Shown piece by piece: positions 49,191 through 58,279 of a stretch of DNA of 64,000 bases. The notes below the pieces were generated by a model, which was not told where the DNA came from, did no database searches, and worked only from the letters and a program-made list of their open reading frames with translations. The position numbers were made by a program, and so were the translations under genes. Location: assembly GCA_016713645.1 (NCBI GenBank), contig JADJOU010000005.1, positions 85,000 to 148,999 on the forward strand. The letters are read 5' to 3'. The stretch is from Bacteroidota bacterium. Lineage in GTDB: Bacteria > Bacteroidota > Bacteroidia > Chitinophagales > JADJOU01. Positions within the stretch are counted from its first letter, which is position 1. Every line of letters begins with the position of its first letter.

Positions 49191-49955
49191 TTATTTAATT
49201 TCTAGAGAGATGGGACAATGGTCTGAGTGCACCTCTTCCTGCAGAATACTGGCAGATTTTAGTCTATCTTTAAGTTTTTCACTTACGGAAATATAATCAA
49301 TTCTCCAGCCCTTGTTGTTTGCGCGAGAATTAAAACGAGCGCTCCACCAAGAATATTGATGCGCAGTATCTGGATAAAAATAGCGATAGGAGTCAATCAT
49401 TCCATTATCAAACCATTGATCCATCCAAGCGCGCTCTTCTGGCAAAAATCCAGATGAATTCTTGTTGCCCACTGGATTGTGTATGTCTATTGCTCGATGG
49501 CAAATATTGTAATCCCCGCAAATAATTAAATTTTCATATTTAGATTTTAGCTGATTTATATACTCATAATAATCAGGTAAAAACTTCATTTTCACAGCTT
49601 GTCTCTCCTCTCCAGAACTCCCTGAAGGGAAATAGGTATTTACGATGACCAAGTCATCTATTTCAATCTGAATGACTCGCCCCTCTCTATCATATTCAGG
49701 GATTCCACATCCAATGATAACCTTATCTGCCTTTTTCTTTGAAAGAATTCCCACTCCGCTATAACCTTTCTTATCGGCGCAATGCCAATAAGTATGATAT
49801 CCGAGATCTTCAAATAATTTAGCATTGATATCCTCGATATGTGCTTTGGTCTCTTGTATGCAAACGATATCTGGGTCTGCTCTTTGTATAAAGTCTACGA
49901 GTCCTTTTTTAATAGCCGCGCGAATGCCATTGACATTGTATGAAATAATCTTCAT
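49191..49955 (-). CDS. xth: exodeoxyribonuclease III
   Basis: MKIISYNVNGIRAA..PDIVCIQETK..GDYNICH..WRIDYI..SDHCPI. Confidence 0.9.
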   Translation of the reverse strand: MKIISYNVNGIRAAIKKGLVDFIQRADPDIVCIQETKAHIEDINAKLFEDLGYHTYWHCADKKGYSGVGILSKKKADKVIIGCGIPEYDREGRVIQIEIDDLVIVNTYFPSGSSGEERQAVKMKFLPDYYEYINQLKSKYENLIICGDYNICHRAIDIHNPVGNKNSSGFLPEERAWMDQWFDNGMIDSYRYFYPDTAHQYSWWSARFNSRANNKGWRIDYISVSEKLKDRLKSASILQEEVHSDHCPISLEIK

Positions 49956-50011
49956 TGTCTTAGTTATGTACTAATTAATAAATGAATTAATAGAATAATG
50001 GAAAACAAATA

Positions 50012-50362
50012 CTAGAAACTAGGACAATACATTCTTCTTTGTCTTGTTCTAGAGAATTTGCCGGTATAAGCCAACGTAAATTCAAAAGCTCCCTGATAAA
50101 AAGAGGCCGCTCTCAATTTTGAAAGGTTTAAATCATATGCTCCACCAAATTCAAAGTCTCCCACATCTATTCTCGCGGTTACTGCAAAAGATTCTGGATT
50201 AATAGAAGAGCTATCGCCTCCCACTGTTCTTATCAATGCACCAATAATAAATGCATTTCCACAAGTGTTTTCATTCTCCAATAAGAATTTCAAATCGACG
50301 CCTAGAACCTCTTCATGACTTTGTCCTTGAAGGAAGAACAACATTTTAGGCATGATATCCAT
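50012..50362 (-). CDS. PorP/SprF-family T9SS membrane protein, C-terminal part
   Basis: Continues the barrel (..LFFLQGQSHEEVLGVDLKFLL..). The two frames join if the A7 run (minus strand) is read as A6: ..PAGKNMDIMPKMLFFLQGQ. Confidence 0.75.
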   Translation of the reverse strand: MDIMPKMLFFLQGQSHEEVLGVDLKFLLENENTCGNAFIIGALIRTVGGDSSSINPESFAVTARIDVGDFEFGGAYDLNLSKLRAASFYQGAFEFTLAYTGKFSRTRQRRMYCPSF

Positions 50363-51089
50363 ATTTTTTTCCAGCAGGGAAACTAGCCCCTACGTGAGCA
50401 TTCATGCGCATTGGCAACTTCGCATCTGGATTGTCAAAAAAGCTGATGTTCGGACGGTTAATATGCAATAAACTGACACCGCCATGATATTTAATTCGCG
50501 TGCGATCGCTCTTCTTTACCCATAGGATACCCGCAGAAAAATCATAGTTAAATTTATTGTTTTCAATCAATGTTTCTCCACTTGGACCTGGAACATACAT
50601 ATTTCTGATAACATCATAATTTGTTCCCCAAGTAAATTTCGAATAATCTACCCTATTTTGCAAAAGGGCTGCTTTAAATCCAACTGACATAAAATGATCA
50701 CCCCACTTGTCAAATGAAAATCTATAGCCCATGGAAACCCCGATATTGTTTACCGTATAGCCCCCTTCGCCCGCCATATCATTCATGCCAAAAAGACCAA
50801 TCGCAAACGCATCTGTCTTCTTAAATGCTTTACTCGTTCTCAACTCTACGGAACCTTGAATAGTTCTATAGGATGAAATCGTCTCCTGGCTCAATACAGA
50901 ACCCCACTGACTTCTAAACTGCGCCGCTGCTTTAATATTTCCATTAAAAATACCTGTATAGGCAGGATTGATGGAAATAGGCACCCCGTAATAAGTTGAA
51001 AAATGTGGATCTTGCCCAAAGATATGGGAACAAATAAAAACAAATAATCCCAAAAATTTAATTCTCATAATTAAAACCCCTTTTAACAT
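50346..51089 (-). CDS. PorP/SprF-family T9SS membrane protein, N-terminal part (frameshift in run 50364-50370)
   Basis: Signal peptide, then QDPHFSTYYGVPISINPAYTGIFNGNIKAAAQFRSQWGS, the PorP/SprF signature. Full gene span is 50012-51089. Confidence 0.85.
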   Translation of the reverse strand: MLKGVLIMRIKFLGLFVFICSHIFGQDPHFSTYYGVPISINPAYTGIFNGNIKAAAQFRSQWGSVLSQETISSYRTIQGSVELRTSKAFKKTDAFAIGLFGMNDMAGEGGYTVNNIGVSMGYRFSFDKWGDHFMSVGFKAALLQNRVDYSKFTWGTNYDVIRNMYVPGPSGETLIENNKFNYDFSAGILWVKKSDRTRIKYHGGVSLLHINRPNISFFDNPDAKLPMRMNAHVGASFPAGKKYGYHA

Positions 51090-51141
51090 ATTAACCCCGT
51101 CCTGTGACTACTGCCACAGAACTGGGCTTTTTAATTTTTTA

Positions 51142-52065
51142 TTATCTAATTAAAGTAACACTACCCTTTTTAGATGTTTTTTGACCATTTAAATATTCTA
51201 CTGCTGCGCTATAAGTATAAACGCCTGGTATCTGCATCTCTCCTTTATAAGTTCCATCCCATCCGATTTCCATATTATTGGATTCAAATATTTTTTCGCC
51301 CAATCTATTGAATACGTATAAGGTTACCGTCTTAACACCCAATCTATATACTTTAAATACATCGTTGATTGCTAATCCATCGTGATTGCCCGGTGTAAAT
51401 GCACTTGGAACAAATATATCCAAAGGATCTTTAATTCTGACCATTGCCTCACTCTTTGCCAAACAGTTATGTAAATAATTCACTGTAATTTCATACAACC
51501 TGCTTTCATATGCTGAAGCAATTGGCGACTGACAATCAACACAGCTCAACCCTTCTGCTGGGTACCACTTATAACTATTGATATAAGGGATAATACCACT
51601 AGCAGTTCGCTTAGCAATTGTTAAGCGCGCTGTTTTAGCCAAATCAATTAAGGTATCACTTGGATTGGCATTGATAAACAATTCTTCTGGTTCAAAAATT
51701 TCCAATTCTCTTCTAGCCAAACAGCCATTATTATCTCTAATCCATGCCGTATATCTTCCTTTTCTCAAATTGGTAAACTTGCCATATCTCGAATAATTGA
51801 TACTATCCAATGAAAACTCATACAATTTGCCAAAAGATATTGTACCGCCAATTGCTTGAATATCCACAACTCCATCTGCATATCTAGGACATGTTACACT
51901 ATCCACTTTCAAATGATCAAATGCCAATTTTTCTGGCTCTATGATTTCTCTAAATCCTGATGTTGTACAATTGTTTCTATCTGTTGCAGTGACGCTGTAA
52001 AATTTTCTTTGGAGACAAATTCTCAATTGTAGGTGTTGTCTTAGGTGGCGTTGTATTCCAAACAT
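51142..52065 (-). CDS. SprB-repeat adhesin, piece 6 (last repeat plus type-B T9SS sorting domain)
   Basis: See the C-terminal motif under the locus entry. The junction with piece 5 lies at an aaaatttt run near 52003-52010. Confidence 0.75.
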   Translation of the reverse strand: MFGIQRHLRQHLQLRICLQRKFYSVTATDRNNCTTSGFREIIEPEKLAFDHLKVDSVTCPRYADGVVDIQAIGGTISFGKLYEFSLDSINYSRYGKFTNLRKGRYTAWIRDNNGCLARRELEIFEPEELFINANPSDTLIDLAKTARLTIAKRTASGIIPYINSYKWYPAEGLSCVDCQSPIASAYESRLYEITVNYLHNCLAKSEAMVRIKDPLDIFVPSAFTPGNHDGLAINDVFKVYRLGVKTVTLYVFNRLGEKIFESNNMEIGWDGTYKGEMQIPGVYTYSAAVEYLNGQKTSKKGSVTLIR

Positions 52066-53581
52066 AACTGAAGTTTGGTGTTCCCCCTTTTACATATACC
52101 GTCAACTTTCCATCATTATCGCCATAACATGTAATATGTTTTTGCTCGCTAAATAAGACCCTAAATTCCTCCGGCTCAGGAACTATACCTGTGGCCAATT
52201 TCTGACAACCGTTATTGTCTGTCAATCTAAAACTATATGAACCCGCTCTGAGACCTACAGCTGAGTCTCCAAATTGAGGAGGTGTTGTCAACCATTCCAA
52301 TTTAGAATAAGGCAATGTACCGCCAGAATAGTTTGCAATCATTTTTCCATCCGCTGAACCAAAACACAAGGTCATTGTCGGGGTTAAATTGATTTGCAAC
52401 TCAGAAGGCTCAGTTATTGCAACATTCCCTGTCGCCGTACAATTGTTGACGTCAGTAATCGAAACAGTATAAGTTCCTCTCGGTATATTTAATGCCGTTT
52501 TACTACTTCCCAAACTTAGCCCAGGAATTTCTGGATTGCTCCATACATAATTAAAAGGAGAGAACCCATTAGCCATGGTAACAGTCGCTTTTCCATCAGA
52601 GCCTCCAAAACACTTCACATGCTCTGGTGTGATATTGTCAATCGTTAAGACATAATCTACACCTACATTGATTGTCTTTTTCAAAGGACAAAGGTTCTTG
52701 TCAAATAACGTTACTTCATATGATTCTAGTCCACGAAGATTTGAAATTTGATCATTTGGTGGAACTGGACCACTATTGACAATATTCAAATTGTCGCTAA
52801 CTCTTATCCATGTTGCTGTAAATGGCGCTCCAACGCCTCCTCCGATATTCTTAATAAATGCCGTTCCATTCTCACTCTCTTTACAAGAAGCATTTTTAAA
52901 TCCTGTCGTAAATGATAATGGTGCAGGCTCGATCAAGGTCGTATTCTTTACTACTTGACAACCCTTCATATCCGTTACTGTGACGGTATAATTGCCTTGT
53001 GGCAATGCATTCCAAGTTCCTATTGAATTAGTCACAGACCCTGGATTTAATTGGAAGCTATTACCTCCGTTTCCTCCAGTTGTCGATGCAGTTATTTCGC
53101 CATTCGTAAATCCATTACAAGTAGGGTTCAAACCCGTCAAGGTAGCATCCAATACTCTAGGCTCTCTTACAAAAATTGAATCTCTCATCTTACATCCACG
53201 TGCATCTGTTACTTCTAATTTATATTCTCCCGCAGCAACTGGGCCTGTAAATGAATCTATCGATGCATTATTCCATAAATAGGTATATGGCGCTGTTCCG
53301 TTAAATATAGTTTGAACGATCGCTAGACCATTTGCTTGTCCAAAACACTTTACAGAATCCTGACGCAATACCGTTACAACTCGTGTCGGTAATGTCATTT
53401 GAACGCTCGGTTTAGATTGACATCCATTCGTATCTGTCACAGTCGCAATATAGAATGAGCCGCCCAACAAGCCTCCTGTGCTATCCAAAGTAGGCGTAGT
53501 TCCTCCAGACCAACTATACTTATATGGTGGAGTTCCTGTGAAAGTTCCCACGATTTTAACATTGGCTTTTCCATCTGCCAC
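51977..53581 (-). CDS. SprB-repeat adhesin, piece 5 (7 repeats)
   Basis: CFGQANGLAIV..APYTYLW; CNGFTNGEITA; CFGGSDGKATV..SPFNYVW; CFGSADGKMIA; CYGDNDGKLTVYVKGGTPNFSYVW. Confidence 0.75.
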   Translation of the reverse strand: MADGKANVKIVGTFTGTPPYKYSWSGGTTPTLDSTGGLLGGSFYIATVTDTNGCQSKPSVQMTLPTRVVTVLRQDSVKCFGQANGLAIVQTIFNGTAPYTYLWNNASIDSFTGPVAAGEYKLEVTDARGCKMRDSIFVREPRVLDATLTGLNPTCNGFTNGEITASTTGGNGGNSFQLNPGSVTNSIGTWNALPQGNYTVTVTDMKGCQVVKNTTLIEPAPLSFTTGFKNASCKESENGTAFIKNIGGGVGAPFTATWIRVSDNLNIVNSGPVPPNDQISNLRGLESYEVTLFDKNLCPLKKTINVGVDYVLTIDNITPEHVKCFGGSDGKATVTMANGFSPFNYVWSNPEIPGLSLGSSKTALNIPRGTYTVSITDVNNCTATGNVAITEPSELQINLTPTMTLCFGSADGKMIANYSGGTLPYSKLEWLTTPPQFGDSAVGLRAGSYSFRLTDNNGCQKLATGIVPEPEEFRVLFSEQKHITCYGDNDGKLTVYVKGGTPNFSYVWNTTPPKTTPTIENLSPKKILQRHCNR

Positions 53582-53605
53582 GCCTATACAACTCGAGTTT
53601 GAATT

Positions 53606-54157
53606 TCAAATGCTTGTGCTATCAATCTTGGCGGTTATTTGAATATTATCATATACTGTATCGCAACCCAAATTCGTCGTTATGCGCACATTATATAATC
53701 CCGCAGGCAATTTTTTAAGCGTTCCTTCAGTCACGCTATTTGGCACGCTGTCATTCGTCGACCATCCATTTGGAGACGCAACACTAAAGTAGTATTTGTT
53801 TGTTTTTGCAAAATTGAGTGTATCAAATGCTTTTAAACGAATTTGTCCGGTGCTATCTCCGAAACATTTTACATTATCTGTAACATACTCTGCGCCCAAT
53901 TTGCAATTCACATCGATGATCCTAATTGAATCTTTGATTTTACAGCCATTGGCATCTGTCACCAATACCCATATTCTCGACTTTCTCACTTGAGAAAGAC
54001 TATCTGACAATAAATTATTTCTTGTCAAAATATTTCCCGCAATTGGTATTCCTGCAGTTGCTCGTTGAATCACTCCACCATTCAAATTTATAATTTGGTG
54101 TGCCTCCCAATGGATTTGCAAAAGCTGCACCATCTGTTCCTTTAACATAAGATGCAT
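53606..54157 (-). CDS. SprB-repeat adhesin, piece 4
   Basis: ..VLVTDANGCKIKDSIRIIDV..CFGDSTGQIRLKAFD..LPAGLYNVRITTNLGCDTVYDNIQIT. Same frame as pieces 2 and 5. Ends at the in-frame TGA 53606-53608. Confidence 0.65.
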   Translation of the reverse strand: MHLMLKEQMVQLLQIHWEAHQIINLNGGVIQRATAGIPIAGNILTRNNLLSDSLSQVRKSRIWVLVTDANGCKIKDSIRIIDVNCKLGAEYVTDNVKCFGDSTGQIRLKAFDTLNFAKTNKYYFSVASPNGWSTNDSVPNSVTEGTLKKLPAGLYNVRITTNLGCDTVYDNIQITAKIDSTSI

Positions 54158-54386
54158 CTCTCTTCGTCATGGTATTGGTCAATATAGTCGGCTCAAATAA
54201 TATCGTGCTATCTTTCACTTTACATCCATTATTATCTGTCAAGGTCAGTTGATACTTGCCCGCTTTCAAAATCCACTCACGCCATTTCCGACACATCCGG
54301 TACCAATTGCATTTCCAACAGGCCATCCAGAAGAATGCACATAATCCATGGTATAAGAAGGACCAGTACCACCTGTAAATGTCCAA
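54015..54386 (-). CDS. SprB-repeat adhesin, piece 3 (different frame between two compensating shifts)
   Basis: The sensible part is ILKAGKYQLTLTDNNGCKVKDSTILFEPTILT..GTDGAAFANPLGGTPNYKFEW. Confidence 0.6.
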   Translation of the reverse strand: MDIYRWYWSFLYHGLCAFFWMACWKCNWYRMCRKWREWILKAGKYQLTLTDNNGCKVKDSTILFEPTILTNTMTKRDASYVKGTDGAAFANPLGGTPNYKFEWWSDSTSNCRNTNCGKYFDKK

Positions 54387-54595
54387 CTAATTCCACCAGA
54401 ACTATCATTGAAACATTTTAGCATAATACTATCCGCTCTGAACGTTAGCTTTTGTGGCTCTTCTATATTAATTGTTCTAACTCCAATACATCCTGTGGTA
54501 GAATCTACAACAGTTACAGTATAATTTCCAGCTGCTAAACCTGTTCGATTCTTACTATTATTTGTTCCTACGGATATCTGCCCAATCATAGCCAA
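54266..54595 (-). CDS. SprB-repeat adhesin, piece 2
   Basis: ..TGLAAGNYTVTVVDSTTGCIGVRTINIEEPQKLTF..CFNDSSGGISWTFTGGTGPSYTMDY. Confidence 0.6.
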   Translation of the reverse strand: MAMIGQISVGTNNSKNRTGLAAGNYTVTVVDSTTGCIGVRTINIEEPQKLTFRADSIMLKCFNDSSGGISWTFTGGTGPSYTMDYVHSSGWPVGNAIGTGCVGNGVSGF

Positions 54596-57500
54596 ACTTA
54601 GTCAATGGGAATGGATTTCCACCTGTAACTGAAGGAGTAATACTTCCTGTTCCATCTTGGAAACAAGTTAAATCCACATTGGTTGTGTCTATTTGGAGTG
54701 TCAATATTTGAGGTGTCAACACATAACTTGCCGTACCCGTGCATCCTGAAGGATTAGTAACTGTGACAGAATAAGTGCCTGCAGCGATATTATTCAAACT
54801 ATCCGTTGTAGGCGCGATAGGCAATCCATCTTTTCTCCAAACATAAGTATATGAAGAAGGGACGCCCGTTGGGACTGCTTTTAATTTCCCTGTTTGACTT
54901 GTACAATATGGTTGAGTCGCTGTAAAATTAATCGGAATTGTCGGTTGAAGCGTAACGACCACTGTATCAAATACGACACATGATGCGCCAGTTCTCCAAA
55001 TTCTAGCAGCAAAAACAGTTGTTGTATTGACAAACACGACACCATTTTTCGTATTTTTTTGTGGCGTCAATGTAGGGTTCGCTGGACTTGACGACCATAA
55101 AATTGAATCTGTAGGAATTACTTTGCCCCCCAATCTCAATCTGATATTTCCTGCGTTGCAAATAAATGTATCGTTGTTGATTGTCGGTTTAAATGTAGTA
55201 TCTAAAGCAATCAAAACTGAACCATTGCCAATACAAGTATATCCACCTGATACTTCAGCAGTAAATGTTGCCTCTTTATTTACAATGACTGTTGGCGACT
55301 TCCCTGTATCTGGTGTTATTATATTGCCTGGCTCGCTGCTAGTCCACTTGATATTCAAACCACTGCTTTGTGCATTCCCATTGCAATAAGTAAATATCGC
55401 CTTTGGTTTTCTAATGCTGTATACTCTATTCGTCAAATCACAAGCATCTTGACCAGCTGCAGATGGAATATAGTAAGCCGTTTCTGTCGCTGGAGCAACT
55501 CCAGTAACCCACTCGTTATTTCTAGAGTAAGCGGAGTTTCTCATACAAATTTCCACTACGAGGTTATTCACCCCATCCCAATCAAAGTTTCTATCCAAAT
55601 CGAAAGTCTTCAATCCTACGGCTGATGTTATTGTCCTATTTTTCATATCAAACACATCTATCATCATCGTCTTCACGTCTGCATCATTCCCTGCAGTAGT
55701 TCCAAACCGAATAACCAAATTATTGATTACGGTAGTACTCGCTAAAGATGCTAATTCAAAAGCAATCTTTTTAATTACCCCACCTGTAAATCCTCCAGCA
55801 TTGAGGTCTGCCTTTGTATAAATAATTCTGTGCTTAGAAGAAAAACTCAAATTATCTGGGCCGAATATGGATGGATAACAATTTACACAACCTGTTAACG
55901 GAAACGTTGTATTAAATGTAGGCCTTGCTTCTGCAGTTATATCTGTTCCTTCACAAGCTAAGATACTCAATCCACTCAGCTTAGGCTTTACGTATAGCAA
56001 TTTCAATTTTGTGGTATCACCTGCGCACACAAGGAGTCTATTTGCACTAACTGTTGGTGTTACCGCTGCCCCACCCACATTTACTCTCAGTGTATCCTTT
56101 ATAGTACATCCAAATTTTGAAGTCATATCGACAATATAATTTGTCGAAACACTTGGAATTGCAATAGGCGTTGTACAAGTATCACAATTCTTCAAGGTAC
56201 TTGAGCTTATCAAAGAACTACCAGGCGACCATTTTATATCGTACGGTGCTTGAGATGAATTCAAGATCAAACTCAGTGGCTTTTGCTCTTTCTGACAAAT
56301 TGTATCCCCTTTAGGTGTCAGTGTATAGGTAAATTTGGGGACAAGAATTGCAAGGACGGTGTCCGAATTTTTACAAGAATTGCCTCCTCCAATTTGCAAG
56401 TTTGATTTTACAATATACCGCCTCGTACTATCTGGGCACAATTGCACCGTAGAGTAATTCACATTATATGCACATATATTCTTATTCGGGGTCCAAACAA
56501 AAGTGTCTCCTCCATATACGTTTACAGTTGGTGGCAATCCGCCTTGACAATAATACACTGTATCTTTGTCTGCAAAAGTATTATCCTTAAAACATACTTT
56601 AACCGTGAGCGTATTCCTTATGTCAAATCCTTGAACACAATATCCTACGTTCCATGATAGATATCTACAACCCAATTTTTTGATGGGCGTTTTATAGGTG
56701 AATTTCCCCCACAAAGTATCTCTCAAGCGCGCAGAATCTTTCTTCACTCTATAAGAATAATCATATCCGACTCCCAATGGTCCTTGATCTAAGAAAAAGG
56801 CATCAACACCTTCCATCGTCGAATACAATTTTACATCGAGTGGTAAATCTTTTACTCTTGCTCTGAATTGAAATTCAAGTGGCTTTCCTGTAACACAGAC
56901 GTCAACATTGACTGAATCTACCCAGTTTCCATTTTTCACTGAATCCTTTAGAATACCATCAAAATCAATTGGACTACAAGCAACAACAATCGAGACTTGA
57001 ACATCTCTCATCGTCATCCCTGCATATACCATTGAGTCTTTGCCATTAAATCCTTTCAATCTGCGATATTCAATTACCCTGAATCCCATGATGGAAGTCT
57101 GCAGTTTTGTTGGAGTAAATTGAAATTGACCTGTAATTGGATTAAATTGAATGGAAGATTCCACCATATCATAAGGCTTTACATAAGAATAGGGCGGCTT
57201 GTAAATTACTTGTCCCCCTGAATTATCTCCATAAGGCGCATAAAGCGAGAACACGAGCGAATCTCCATCTGTATCTATTGAATAGTGATTGTACTTAAAT
57301 AATGTATTCAAACAAATAAAAGGGACTGGAGGATTTAAGAATTTAGATGAATTATTTCCTCTTTTTAAATCTGTATTGATATGCGTCTCCAAGTGCCCCC
57401 CCACTGGCCCTGATTGATCAACAATGGCGGGGTCGATGGAGCCCGGTCCAGTATTGAAGTTTCTACAACATTCATCCCATGTAACACGCGCTATTCCGCA

Positions 57501-57812
57501 TCCTGGAGGAAATTGTCCTATCCATTCGTATTCCCACATTTCCGTTCCTTTGATCGTCGCTCCTGGGTTTGTACATCTCGTTTGCGGCTTTGGACTGCAT
57601 AGCGGCGTCACCTCTTTCTTCCCGAGGAAAGTTGCATTTAAAACCATATTGGGGCAACCATTTGAGAAATTGACATTCCATGCAGCATTCCCCGGGGTAA
57701 TACCGCTACAGTCTCGATATAAAAACAATTTTATTCGATAAATTCTATTGATTGAATCCAATACCACATATTCAATTCTCCGCCCATCACGTGCGTAGCA
57801 AAGCCTTCTCAC
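54558..57812 (-). CDS. SprB-repeat adhesin, piece 1 (N-terminal 1084 aa)
   Basis: GTG-start ORF. The first ~10 aa are out of frame relative to the signal peptide at 57861. Cys-rich N-domain, Ig-like segments, first SprB-type repeats. Confidence 0.7.
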   Translation of the reverse strand: MRRLCYARDGRRIEYVVLDSINRIYRIKLFLYRDCSGITPGNAAWNVNFSNGCPNMVLNATFLGKKEVTPLCSPKPQTRCTNPGATIKGTEMWEYEWIGQFPPGCGIARVTWDECCRNFNTGPGSIDPAIVDQSGPVGGHLETHINTDLKRGNNSSKFLNPPVPFICLNTLFKYNHYSIDTDGDSLVFSLYAPYGDNSGGQVIYKPPYSYVKPYDMVESSIQFNPITGQFQFTPTKLQTSIMGFRVIEYRRLKGFNGKDSMVYAGMTMRDVQVSIVVACSPIDFDGILKDSVKNGNWVDSVNVDVCVTGKPLEFQFRARVKDLPLDVKLYSTMEGVDAFFLDQGPLGVGYDYSYRVKKDSARLRDTLWGKFTYKTPIKKLGCRYLSWNVGYCVQGFDIRNTLTVKVCFKDNTFADKDTVYYCQGGLPPTVNVYGGDTFVWTPNKNICAYNVNYSTVQLCPDSTRRYIVKSNLQIGGGNSCKNSDTVLAILVPKFTYTLTPKGDTICQKEQKPLSLILNSSQAPYDIKWSPGSSLISSSTLKNCDTCTTPIAIPSVSTNYIVDMTSKFGCTIKDTLRVNVGGAAVTPTVSANRLLVCAGDTTKLKLLYVKPKLSGLSILACEGTDITAEARPTFNTTFPLTGCVNCYPSIFGPDNLSFSSKHRIIYTKADLNAGGFTGGVIKKIAFELASLASTTVINNLVIRFGTTAGNDADVKTMMIDVFDMKNRTITSAVGLKTFDLDRNFDWDGVNNLVVEICMRNSAYSRNNEWVTGVAPATETAYYIPSAAGQDACDLTNRVYSIRKPKAIFTYCNGNAQSSGLNIKWTSSEPGNIITPDTGKSPTVIVNKEATFTAEVSGGYTCIGNGSVLIALDTTFKPTINNDTFICNAGNIRLRLGGKVIPTDSILWSSSPANPTLTPQKNTKNGVVFVNTTTVFAARIWRTGASCVVFDTVVVTLQPTIPINFTATQPYCTSQTGKLKAVPTGVPSSYTYVWRKDGLPIAPTTDSLNNIAAGTYSVTVTNPSGCTGTASYVLTPQILTLQIDTTNVDLTCFQDGTGSITPSVTGGNPFPLTKFGYDWADIRRNK

Positions 57813-58279
57813 AATTAGCGAAAGACAAGAACATTATCGCAGTAACAATTAATTTTTTCATGTTGACAATTATATAAAGGTTTAAAAATAATGCGTTTTG
57901 AACAATTGTTTATAATTTTTTTTTGACGATTTGCTCAAAACCCTTTTTCATAATACAAGAGTACAACCAATTTTGCTCTAAAAACAATACAATTTAATAG
58001 ACAAATTACTTGAATAATCAACGAAAAAATGCAATCAAAATCTACAAGTGATTGTTTTTTAATTATTTACGATTTTACAATCGCCTTGCCATTATTGAAT
58101 ATTTATTGGTCATATTCCCTTATATCCCGCTAAAACTTCTTCTTTTCAGTTCTTTTCAAATTGAAATCATTCACAAAAGCAATTTTTTAAAAACGCTCCC
58201 TCTATGAATTGCACAATAGTATTTGAACCTATAGACCTACTTTCCGATTAGAGTTTGATTTCTTATAATTTAAACGCAA

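Larger units (their letters stand above)
51142..57861 (-). pseudogene. Giant SprB-repeat adhesin-like protein (~2240 codons) with T9SS type-B (gliding-motility-associated) C-terminal sorting domain, split into 6+ ORF pieces in this assembly
   Basis: Signal peptide MKKLIVTAIMFLSFANC from ATG 57861. N-domain ..THVMGGE/IEYVVLDSINRIYRIKLFLYRDCSG. About 13 Cys-anchored repeats (C-[FYN]-G-x-x-[DN]-G ... GG-x-x-P-[YF]-x-[YF]-x-W). C-terminus FVPSAFTPGNHDGLAINDVFKVY..LYVFNRLGEKIF..GWDGTYKGEMQIPGVYTYSAAVEYLNGQ..KGSVTLIR. Confidence 0.75.
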
